This document shows, one piece after another, positions 22,638 to 34,500 of a stretch of 64,000 nucleotides of DNA (positions within the stretch are counted from its first letter, which is position 1; each line of letters starts with the position of its first letter). The position numbers were made by a program, and so were the translations under genes. Location: positions 6,014,001 to 6,078,000 of the forward strand of contig OZ116712.1 of the NCBI GenBank assembly GCA_964199315.1, in the 5' to 3' direction. This stretch comes from Orbicella franksi. Its lineage: Eukaryota. The notes beneath the pieces were generated by a model. That model ran no database searches, had not been told where the DNA came from, and worked only from the letters and a program-made list of their open reading frames with translations.

Positions 22638-25600
22638 ATGTTGTCTTTAGAAACCCTGGCTTATCCTACAGGCATCGCGTCGCTGTTACTGTTCGTGATG
22701 TTGTTCCTCTACTGGTATGGAACGCGAGGCTTCGCCGACCTAAAGAAACTCAACATCTCTGGTCCCAAACCTCTTCCATTCCTGGGGAAGCTTTTTACAT
22801 GTAAGGAAATATAACGGACTGCATCCGCTGTTTGTAGACTACGTTAAAAAGTACGGCAAAGTATTCGCTATCTGTCTGGGTACTCGGCCAACGCTTGTCA
22901 TTACTGAACCAGAATTAGCAAAGCAGATAATGACAAGGGACTTTCACAAGTTCCGCAATCATTTCATTGTACAAAGAACAGGCTTTCCTCTCAACCTCTT
23001 GGAGGCAAAGGACGAAACGTGGAAGAGAATCCGTAACATACTAACTCCCACGTTTAGCGCGGGAAAAATGAAGTTGATGGTGCCATTGATCGAGAAGTGC
23101 TGTGACACGCTCGTGGAGAAACTTGAAAATGTTGCTGATTCACGTCAGTAATGAATTTTTTTCAGTCTGCTCGAAACGAATTGAATTTAGTCATAGATAA
23201 GCTAGCTGAGGTGTTAGGCATTGCCTGAGATACTATGGGGGAGAGATAATACACGTACTCTTTCTTTTTTTTTAAGAATACGTTTTATCAGAAGAATTTC
23301 GTGGCTAAAATTTGCGAAATTTTAAGAATGTTTTAAGAATATCCCGAGGCTAAGATTTTGAAAAGAATATAATTTTGTGCGGTGAAAATATGTAAATATA
23401 ATCCAGTTATATGTTTTTAAGTAAATCGTAAAAAAAGAATCCGCCTTTCTCTAGCGACAATACTAGCCAAAAAGCAACAAAAACAACCCTAGCCGCCATA
23501 TGTTCGATGCTAACAACATTTCTACAAGAAGTTATGTGCATCAACAGGCTTTAATTGTATAACGCCTGCAGGCTGGCCATGGCTGGCAAAAATACATTCG
23601 AGAACAGAAACGTCATACGCCATAATCTAAGAATATTCACAAGAATATTTCCAGCTTAAAATCGGCAGAAAAATAAGAATGTTCAGAGTTTCCATTCACT
23701 AAAGACTACATCATTTACATGGACCTTAGGACGGAAGAGGTCTACTAAAATTACTCAACCGAAACCGTACATTCATGTAAAAGAAACACCATGGAAATAG
23801 TACATTCATACATACATTGCTAAGGCAGGTGGGGGCAGAATATGGCAACCTTAGGGTTGGTGTGGACCTGCCATAAAATTTAACTAACCTAATATTTATA
23901 CAAAAAAAAGGAAATCTAAAGATCAGCTCAGAAAACTCTTCGAATCTTTGTATGATGTCACTATTTCTGTGTGGATTAGAAGTGTCGGCTCTGTTTTTAA
24001 AGGCAAACATCTAGATTGAATTGGCACCTTCATTAGGCGAGCCCATCGAGTTGGCTATACAAATAAGATCATTCTGATATCTGATGTTATAAAGAATAGG
24101 GACATGCAGTGCTCTGTTTAAGAGAACCACTGATGACACAGGTCATATATTGTATAACTTGCTTCCACCTAAACGTAACAGGACTCTTAGAGATATGGGT
24201 CATGACTTCATACTCCCTAGAGTGAAAACTGAACGGTTTAAACGGGCTTTTGTAAATAGATGTCTTTTTAGATTCATTTAATATCTGTTTTAACTTATCA
24301 TAACTTTGTGATACGTATGACTGGTTTTTAGCTTAATTTATTATTGATTGTAAAGTCACACGTATGCTGTGCGTGATCTTTTGATAAAGACTTTTCACTC
24401 ATTCATAAACAAGCCTCTTTTTCAAATTGGATATGATCGAGAGACCTGGACGCATTTTTTAAGTCTTCCTTTATATAAAAGGCGGCAAGGATGAAGCGTC
24501 CCTGATGACTTAATTTAGAGATAGCATTCCATACGACGGGGCCCCTATACCTTGCGCTATTTCTACCAACTTCACTATTATGCCTCTAAATTTATAGTTG
24601 TTAACAGTGTTGCGTATTCCAAGCAGGGTTGTGAGTTGCTCGGATAAAATGTTATAGCAGGGAGCCTCCGCTTGTTGCATGAGTTAGTTGTTACAAGTTG
24701 GAACCATAATGTCTAAAATGGTCCTCATAATCCCTTGAAACGTACATCTCTTGCAGACCACAATGTGGATATGCAGGAATGGCTCAGCAAGCTAACACTG
24801 GAACTGATTTTATCGACGGCTTTTGGTGTGGACGCGAACATTCAAGTGGGAGAGAACATCGAAATGCTGGAGAACGCAAAGAGATTTTTTCAAGTTCCGC
24901 CAATCGTCCGACGCTTAGCTCGCCTTCCAGTCGCCGGCACAATCGTTGAGTTGTTGGCACGTCTCCGAGGGAGCCTGAACTATTTTCGAGACTTAGCGCA
25001 ACATGTCATCAAAACCCGACGTGAGCAGGGTGCCACAGGACGGAAAGATCTGCTTCAACTTATGATCAATGCCCATGATGAGAAGACCACAGGGAATGTC
25101 GGCAGACTTACCGATGAGGAGATCGTGGCCCAATCAGTGCTTTTCCTATTGGCTGGCTCCGATACAACAGGCAACACGTTGAGCTTCACTGTGTACTTCC
25201 TGGCGATGAATCCCGATGTGCAAGAAAAGCTGAGGAAGCACATTAAAGAGGCCATGGATTCCAATGCCGACGAGTCTTTGTACGATGTGGCTAAGAGTAT
25301 CGAGTACCTTGATTACGTCATTAAAGAGACTCTGCGGTTGTGTCCGACGATACCAATGATCAACCGCGAATGTTCTGAAGATCATGACCTGAATGGAATA
25401 CACATTCCTGCTGGAACAGAGATTGTGTTTGCTACTTATGCAATGCATCATGACCCTGATGCGTGGCCCGACCCGGAGAAGTTTGATCCCGAGAGATTCC
25501 GCGGTCCCGACAAGGACGCCCGCCATGCCTTCCAGTTCCTACCGTTTGGTGCCGGGCCCAGAAGCTGCATTGCTATGAGGTTCGCCCTGATGGAGATCAA

Positions 25601-25733
25601 GATTGTTCTGATGAGAATCCTGATGAAGTACAAATTTGAAAGGTCTCCCGAAACACAAGTACCTTTGGATATCCATGCGGGCTTCACGCTGACGGCAAAA
25701 GATGGCGTGCTAGTCAGAGTTTGTACCATCTAG
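22638..25733 (+). pseudogene. Cytochrome P450, clan-3 (CYP3A/thromboxane-synthase-like), 2 exons, +1 frameshift in exon 1 (pseudogene or sequence error)
   Basis: Exon 1 is 22638-23143: signal anchor, GPKPLPFLG, KKYGKVF, WKRIRNILTPTFSAGKMK. Phase-1 intron. Exon 2 is 24757-25733: I-helix AGSDTT, ETLR, FDPERF, heme PFGAGPRSCIA. The ATG frame stops at TAA 22812-22814; removing one G from GGGG 22784-22787 gives a continuous PFLGSFLHVRKYNGLHPLFVDY. Confidence 0.85.
23990..24410 (+). mobile_element. 3' end of a CR1/L2-type non-LTR retrotransposon (decayed) in the P450 intron
   Basis: Reads IGTFIRRAHRVGYT..., then after a frameshift HILYNLLPPKRNRTLRDMGHDFILPRVKTERFKRAFVNRCLFRFI* (stop 24279-24281), resembling the post-RT C-terminus of CR1/L2 ORF2. 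Confidence 0.65.
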
Positions 25734-26436
25734 AAAAATAGGTACCCAAAGGGTACTTGTGTGAGATACTCATTTGCGTTAATGGACACGAGCCGATGAC
25801 ATTAGTGGTATCCCACACAAATATTCAATTGTCAAATGCATCGTTTTCACGTGACGTCAACATTTTCTAAAATCCAAAACTAATAAAGAGCCATCAAAGT
25901 TTTTATCCTCATTAAGCATAGGAGGCGGTAAATTTATATCTGTTTATAATTTTACAGCTCAATAGCGGGCTTCGTTTGGAAACCAGCGCATTTTGAATTT
26001 CAGGGTTTTGGCGTCCTAACAATTTTTTTTTGGGGGGGGGGGGCGCTCAGGTTCTGTGAAAGATCCCGCTGAGGACCACCTGAGGCTGTACACCCCAAAA
26101 GGTATTAAAACCGCTTTTTAACCCCTAAAAGGTAGGACAAGCACCCCTGTCCTTTTTATGTGACCCCCCCCCCCCCCCACACACACACACACCCCGGTGG
26201 TAACGCTTCTACGTGATCACCAAAGCTAACTTAGATGTTAAAGTTAGTAGAGGACGTGCAACCAAGTACAGTGGTAAAATCCTTCTCATTTTCCTTCCTA
26301 TTTTAAGCGTAAAACTAGGGCGAATGGGTTAATTATCAAATCCCTTTTATTAAAACGAAAATTAAGTTAAACTGGTGTTTGTACTAATAACGATTCCGTA
26401 TCAAAAAGCGTGACATTCCCCACACTACATGTGTTA

Positions 26437-26438
26437 CG

Positions 26439-26469
<31 letters not shown>

Positions 26470-26503
26470 TATTATTACTATTATTATTATTATTATTATT
26501 ATT
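26437..26503. repeat. (ATT)n microsatellite
   Basis: Read directly from the sequence. Confidence 0.9.
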
Positions 26504-27452
26504 TCTTACGCAGGATTCAAAAGGTCGAGTGCAGACATGCATAATACATTTCTATTGTTCAAACGTTCTCTTCCTTGAAACTCAGAGAAATGTAATCTAA
26601 TAAAAGTTTTGCTTTTTCCGTTTCTCTGTTAATCAGCCCTTTCTTACTATCTAGATGTATTTTAAATTTAAACTACTCACTCGGTGAGAAAATCGTTTCT
26701 GATTCACAAAAAGTGTAACAGGAAGCGAAGGAGGAAGGAAGGATCGAGTGAATCTCTTGGATTTTCCAAGTTAAAAAAAGGAGTTAAAGAGTAGCGGAGC
26801 GCATTTTCCCAGAATTCACAAGCAAACAAACCAAAAAACACACCAACCAACCAAAACGTTGGAAACGCCATTCCAAGGCCACGGTTTATTATTGTTTTTA
26901 CAGTTTCAGTATTATTTACACGGATGGTTTGTGGATTACACCACTGAAAATATTACAATGGAAATGAAACACGCAAACAATCTCATCCAAAAAGACAGAA
27001 AGCTGACAATTACTTGATAAGTAGATTTTAAAACTAATTGGTAACACCAAAAAAAGTGCTCAGGCCAAAAAAAAAATAAAACTTGCTCGAAAACCGAACG
27101 CAGATGGAACGCTTTTTAACTTTTAGTTACAACGAAGTGACCTAACCTATTAAACTGAATAACGCGCTGTATAACTTACATACACCATAATATATTACAC
27201 AACCTAGTAGTTAATACGGCGATGAAAATAACGAAACAACATATACGTTTCAAGCTATTTCACAAAAGCGCAAACATTGTTAAAATCCTCTAGAATGCGC
27301 TCAATTTTACCAAGGGAACTAAAACTTTCTGAATGTATGTTCGTTTCAAACGGGTTGTGCACTCAAAATATATTATATGAAACGCCCAAAGAAATGTTAC
27401 GTAGATGAAATTGTAGTTAAAGGCGAACAGGTCTCGCTCATTAGAGAAAACT

Positions 27453-28508
27453 TTATGCAACCATAGGATTTCCAAAGCCGACCCTTTGCTGCGTTTGGTG
27501 AATCTCTGCTAGCAGATTTCCGTCTTGTAAATTTAACTGTGAAATAAAAAAATAAAAAAAATAGAGGGATCAATACAACAATCATCATAGCTATTTGTAT
27601 CTGTTCTGAAAAAGAAAAGCCTTTTCTAATAAGAAGATGACGAAAAAAAATAAAGGCAAAAAGTAAAATTCCATCTCCACGTAAAATCTGGCTGAATTCC
27701 TCTGTTTTATCGTCCTTTAGCACCTTAAGGAAATCCAATTACATCAGACTGATTTCTTCAACAAAGTTTTTGTAACAAATCCGTATCTATTTTCTTCAAT
27801 GACGTTTGATGTCTGCCGGACTTCATAACGGTTCCCCTCTACTAAAGGAGCTACGCCACAGTTTGCGCATCTTAAAAAGTTCAGCATAAATTTTTCAAGT
27901 TCGTCGTTTGCAATCCGTGTCAATCTTCTCTATCCTTAACCATCCTTGTTTCTTTATGATTTACATTATCCCTTTGGTGTTTTTCTATCTTAGTCAAGTA
28001 CTATTTCCAGGCTTCCTTCAATTTAAAGGTAACTCTGTGCGTGGCCAAAATAACTCAAAATACCGCGACTGAGCTCATTAACTATGCCCACCTTAAGAGC
28101 GTATTTGTAGGACTGTTCTGCCTCCAGCTGTCGACCAGTCTACAACAAGAGACATGAAATAAGTCACGAATTGCACACTTTTGTTTTACTGCAGCTTCGT
28201 CTGTGTTGGCAGGTTAGTTATAGACAAGTCCGCACTAATCTCGATCATTTTAGTTCATTTATTTGTGAGCTTGGTTTGTAAATACCATTCGTCAGTCTTG
28301 TGGTTGACGTACATGTAGTAACGACAAATTATTCTTGGTCTAGCAACAGAGGTCAGTTTAGAAACAAAGCCTTTTGTGCCTATTTCTTTCAACATGATTC
28401 TTTGTGCGCGACAAGCACCGGCCAGAAATACATATAGGTTATTGACCAAGCATTAGGACAAAAACATGTTTATATGGACCGAGATGGAGTCGAGGTCCAT
28501 AAACTCGC

Positions 28509-28539
<31 letters not shown>

Positions 28540-31500
28540 CAAAAACGACGCCAATATCCAGCCATCTTGACCGAATAAGCTTGGTCAATAAAGTTAATCA
28601 TTATATGGCTTTCGGGAAAATTTTTCTTGCGGGACACAGCGGTTAGTCCAGGGCGGGCAAGGTAGCGCCATCTTTCACGCTCGGGTAGCCAATCACAGCA
28701 CAGTATTTGGTTCATCTTGCCCGCTCATGGAGCTAACCATATAATAAATAGAAATATTTCTGTAGAGCTCAGTAATCAATATGGATTATACCGGGTGTAA
28801 TACCACTCAATCTCTGGTCTGGTGTAAGTGGTATTAATGCACAGAGAGTGAAGGTCGTTTGCGTACTCAGGTTAGCAAAAAAATCTTAAATCTATAGGCT
28901 AAAATATACAAAGCTAAGTAAGCTTTACCTGTAAACAAACGAGCGACAGATATGACCACACCTCCGCGTCCTTATTGTTCAATATGTTCGCCTCAGATAA
29001 AGCGTCCTCAGCCTCAGCCAAGTCTCCCAGCTAACAAAAGATCAAAATCAAAATTCGCCTCAAAAATCTGTGCAAAATGAAGTATACAGGTTATGAGAGT
29101 CAAGGAAAAGACCTTGAAGCGTGTTGACCCGAGGATCAAATTCTCCTAACATGATTATAAGAAATATATGAAGATAAATAAGGAGAAGTTGTATCTTGAC
29201 ACGAGCTTTACTACTCACTTACCCTGTAACAAGCAATTCCCGCTCCAAGCCAAGAGACACAGGACGGTGAACGAATACAGGCTTTAAGGAAGGTCGTCTT
29301 CGCCTTGTCAAACTAAATGAGTAAAAATACAAGAAGCTTATATTGCAAGGAAGCTTAAAACCGCGCGGTGAAATTAAAGTAAATTACATGCACAAAAAAT
29401 TAACCCGCCCCAAAAAATTAATGTAAAACCCGACTTACCGCGACGGCTAATTTTGTTACCCCTCAACATTTCACCGCCTTTTTACAACCAGTTCGTCATA
29501 AAATTATACTCAAGGAGGTCAAAAACCAGGTCTTAAATTTTTTTTCCACTTCCGCTGGAAATAGGCGACAAGAAGCGTTTCTCAGTTTAAGAACCGCGCG
29601 CGCCCTAGGGCGCGCGGTTAATGACAAGAATCTTTGGTTGAAAAACAAAAGAAAATATATCAATGTCTAGCTTAATGTCTCGTTCACACTTGCGACATAA
29701 CGACATAAGCATAACGACATAAGAAGGTCGTTATGTCATTATGTTTGCAGTGTGAACATCCTGCGGCCAGAATGACATAATAGCAACACAATAGCAAGTG
29801 TTTCTTCCCGCATTTTTTAAAGTCTTCTCCCCACCTAACCTTATGTCTTTATGTCGACGTCCACATTACCGACATAAGCGATTCTGTCGTTACGTCATCA
29901 TGTCGTTATGTTGTTTATGCCGTTATGTCACTAGTGTAAACAAGGTCTTAGGTGACCCTACCCGCGAAACAAACGAACTGGGAATCAGTTGGCAAGGTAC
30001 ACAATCCTCTAATATCTTAGAAATCAAGGTTAGTCTATGTAAATATTTCAACTAGGAGGCTAAAACTTTCGCAGCCTTTTAATCGCAACTAACTCTTTCC
30101 AGATTACAAAACCCAGAAAAAAATTGCTTCCGCCAAATTAGGGCATGCGTTTGGCCTCAGTTCTGACTCATAGACTGTCATACATTATTAAGAATAAATT
30201 TACATAATCTCACCTCTCCCTTTTCGAGATAGATCGAAGCCAATCTCAGATAGATAGCATGCATATCTGCGGCTTCCGTCGTATAGGCCAGCGTTCTTTC
30301 GTAGCAGTCCCGGGCTTCCTCGGTTCGGCTCGTCAAGTAATAAAGATGTCCCATCAAGCCCCACGCATCTGGGTTCTGTTATAAAATAAGCGAAAATCTT
30401 TTTGTTGTTATTGTTTAAACGTTAAAACTTTTAGTGGCTGTGATGTTGGCATAAAAGGATTGCCTTTACTTCAGTGCCGAGCTTCCGATTCAGGGGCTTC
30501 CGATTGTCGAGTTTCCGATTTCCGACAATGTTCCGAGTCTCGACGATTTCTGACGAAGTGCTTCCGTTTTCCGAAAATGTTTCGTTTTACAAAGGGCTTC
30601 CAAGTCTTTCTTACAAATAAATAGCTAGCTTATCCGAGATGATCATGTTCAGACTTTCCTCTAAGAGCAAAGAAATCACTGCGTATGCAAAGCACACACA
30701 CATAAAAAACTCAAACGCAAGCTACTTGTGGGAATGACTCTAATAACCCTACCTGGTGTTTCAACACGATCGCTTGTTTAAGATTCTCCTCAGCTTCAAT
30801 GAACGATTTCTGCTGAATCTTCAACCTTCCCAGGAGCACGTAATAATCGGCGCCAGGCTCCCCATTAGTTGCCACTAGCTCGTGTGCCAAAGCCGCGTCA
30901 GTTAACTAGTGCCCAGTAACAAAAGTATAAATCTCAGTTGATGGAGTATTATATTTCGCGGCTGCATCGCAAAGGTCGTGGATCAAAAGTCCTTTGAAGG
31001 TTTATTCATTTTAATATTTGTTTGTTTCTTTTTTAGGGGGGGGGAGGGGGGAGTATTCTTCGTAAGATTGAATAACCAATTAAACTGCAAAGAGTAAAAC
31101 GCTAAGCCTGGGAAAACGCGAGCGCAACACAAGCCATTTTGAGCCATAGTTAGTTTTGTCCATGGTTGACAAAACATGCTTGCTAGTATCCGTATTGCAC
31201 GACTTCATTTAGTCAATCACATGATTATTTGTCAACTGACATTCAATCCTAAACAGCACCACTTTACCTGTAGGGCATTCACTTCCAGAAGGAAATTCGC
31301 CGCTTGTAAAAAAATACTAGCATTTGGTTTGACCTCTGCTGGCTTTTCTTCCGCGGGTACCGCAGGTTCAGTATCCTGAGGAGGTGGCGATTGACGGTGG
31401 GAACTACCGGGGCTCGGAGCACGTGAGCTCTGTTTGGAAGCTGCGTGTGTGGAGGACTGGGTCACAGGTTTCGGTCCAGGCTTCCCCACAGGCGTTGCTG

Positions 31501-34500
31501 AGCTAATCACAACTGACGGGGGCGGGCCTGCGATTGGCGGGGCTGAAGGGTCAGCGGAAGTTTCGCCAGCTCCCGGCACAGGCTCCTCGCGTACTTCATC
31601 GTCAACTGAAAACGAAAAACAGAGGAAATGATCATTGCCCGTTGGCCTTTTGTTTCCCTTTAGTCCTTGCCGATTGATTCTTGAAAGTGATTTTTCAACA
31701 GACTGAAGACAAGCAGAGGGCTATACGGCGAAATTAAATTTACATCGCTCAAAAAAGGAACAGTATTATCAGACAGCACTATCCATCGGATAGGCCTGGC
31801 ATTTTTTACCTCTCTTTTATACTGAATGAAAAGCCATTCTTACCATGAACTTCCGGTAATTTCTGGTCCTCAGAGACACCAGTTCCGGGAGCACCCTCGC
31901 TAACAGGTTCCTCGGGACCAGTCTCCGAGACAGAGCCGTCAGCCTCGGCTGGTATATTACCAGTTGGGCCTGCCAACTCCATAGAGGATGGCGTTGCTAC
32001 GTTTAAGCGGTTCGCTTCAAGGAACGCGCGCTCAGCACCAATGTCGTTTTGTATGCTGTCATAGTACAACCCTGTATGAAAGGATATTGTCTATAAGTAC
32101 CAGTACTATGGAAGAATTCTTCATAACTTCAATACAAATCACAAAGCAAATAACTATCATAACATAAGTCACTTTGCCAACATTCCCAGGTCAGAGGTAA
32201 AGTGACAGAGCCTCCGTTCTTTTTCAGGCTACAATCTTGGACAAAATAAATGGAACATCTGGACCACCCCTCCCCCCATTTCAATGATGCCAAAATGGCG
32301 CGTTTTTGCTCCTTCGCGCCTTCATCATTGCTTTGGGGGGGGGGGGGATGGGGGATAATTGTTCCATTTTATTCTGTCCAAGATTGTAGTTGGGAAGACT
32401 AGATGTGTCCCGTTGCAAGCGTCACTTTACTTGGACAACTAGCAAAGGACCGGCAGCAGGGGAGTACCCTGGGGCGCCCAAGTGCCAGATTGAGCACTTT
32501 CGGTTCCATGGTGAGAGTTGCAATGAAACGTGATGAAAAGCTTCTCCCTGAAAGCACTGAGTCACAAACCAAATAACGGCTGAAAGAGAGACTACGCAAA
32601 GTATACGCTCAGGTCAAACTGACACACGCCAAAGAGGCTTATCCCGGTTTCTGTGACATGAAGTGATTGAGAAAATTGCTTTCCCCCCGCCCCACCTGGA
32701 TGGGACGCTAGTCTAGTGCAGGTAAGGTTGCCCTAACAGATCGTATGCACTAGTGTTCCACTGTGTTGAGAGAGGCATCATGCGTTACCTAGCATGGTCC
32801 ATGCAACAACGCTTTTGTTCTCAGCGCATGTCGCCGCCTCAAGGAATGTCTCGGCTTCTTCAAACCTCTCGTTCATCAGAGCCATACAGCCGTACATCAG
32901 GAGACTGGGGATAAAAAGAAACGGAGTAAATAGACCATTTCACAGCTGTCTGTTCAGTGGCCTGGCCTTTGAATGGCAGCGAGACTGGAGGCGACCTTGT
33001 TTTGATAGACCTCACTGTTTTTGTTATGTAAATCAAGTTGTCCTAATGCCAACTAGTTTGCATTTAAATGAGAAAAGCAGAGAGGTCTGTATCAAAGCAA
33101 GGTCACCTCTAGCCTCGCTTGCATTCATAGGCCAGGTAACTAAGCACACAACTGTAAAATGACTTAATGTGGATTGAGAGGTGCAGAGAAAAACAAGAAA
33201 AGAATCCAAGGTCCTCTGGTACCATGGAATGTCTTTCCGATGTCTCACGCTCATGGCCAGCTGGTTAACATCCTATCAAGAAACGTTTTTCACCTACCCT
33301 GGAACATGCTTTTGAGCGATTGCTATAGTCTCCTTGAAACATTCCTCAGCCTAAAACGAGAGAGAGAGAGAGATTTGCTAAAAGATAAAGGTAAAGCAAG
33401 TTCATTTATACACGGTTGTGTTTAAAGTTAGAAACCAATATTAGGGAGGTTAAGCAAACCACGACGGCAACGGCAACGAGAACGCCATCAAACAAAAGGT
33501 TTAATGAGCAGAACAGCAGCTGTGCACGTGCGTTGTAGCAATAGCTGTGCACGTGCGTCATTAATCTTTGCACAGTTCTTTTCCGTGCTCTACAAAACAA
33601 CAACGTGAGATGACTAAGGCCCATCCACACGTATCCGGATATATTTGAATCGGCAACTTTTTCTTTCCGGATACGGCTTCCGTCCACACACCTCCGGCGA
33701 ATTCGGCAGCGACTCCGGATATTTTTGCCACGTGTGGACGGGGAAATATTTGAATCCGGAAAGAAAAAGTTGCGGATTCAAAAATATCCGCATACGCTTG
33801 GACGGGGCCTGAGTTCTCCGTATTTTGAAGAACGCGAACGACGGCGACTAATTTTTCGTATTTTCATTTGGAATTAAACGCTGGCGTGACATGTTTAGCT
33901 TGAGCAAGTTGTGATATGCTTCTGCTGAGACCAATAGACACACTGAATAGATCTAGACAATTGCGAAATTCGAAGATAAAATAAAAATTCATTTTTTACT
34001 ACGCGTTGTCCTCGAGGTCGCCGTCGTCATTGCAAGAAAGAATCCTAACTGTCAAGAGGCTGATCAGCTGGTTATTTACAAAGCATGGAGGAGTTAAATT
34101 CGGTTTCACCAAACACAAATCTATTTAGTGGCCAGGAGGACGATTTGAACTTGGGACCTCAGTCTCCGTCGTCGTTGCTTAAGCTCCCTAACAGAGGAGG
34201 ACGACGCCTAGTAAAAAATGAGTTTATATTTTACCAGCGAAATTCACAATTGTGTAGATCTGTTCAGTACGTCAATGGCTCTAAAAACGTGCTCAGGCTA
34301 AATATGCAATGACAGCATTCGATTCCAAATGGGGAGCGAAAAATTAGCCGTCGTCGTTTGCGTTCCTCAGACTACGCAGAACTTTTCATGTTGTTGTTTT
34401 ACAGAGGACGGTAAATAAATATACAAAGAATTATAACGTACGTGCACAGCAATTGTTCTGCTCATTAAATCACTCGTTTAGTGACGTTGCCGTTGCCGTC

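Noticed and set aside
28255-28449. Minus-strand 64-aa ORF as a CFAP70 exon
   Set aside because: Does not resemble CFAP70; exons 29 and 30 join in phase without it.
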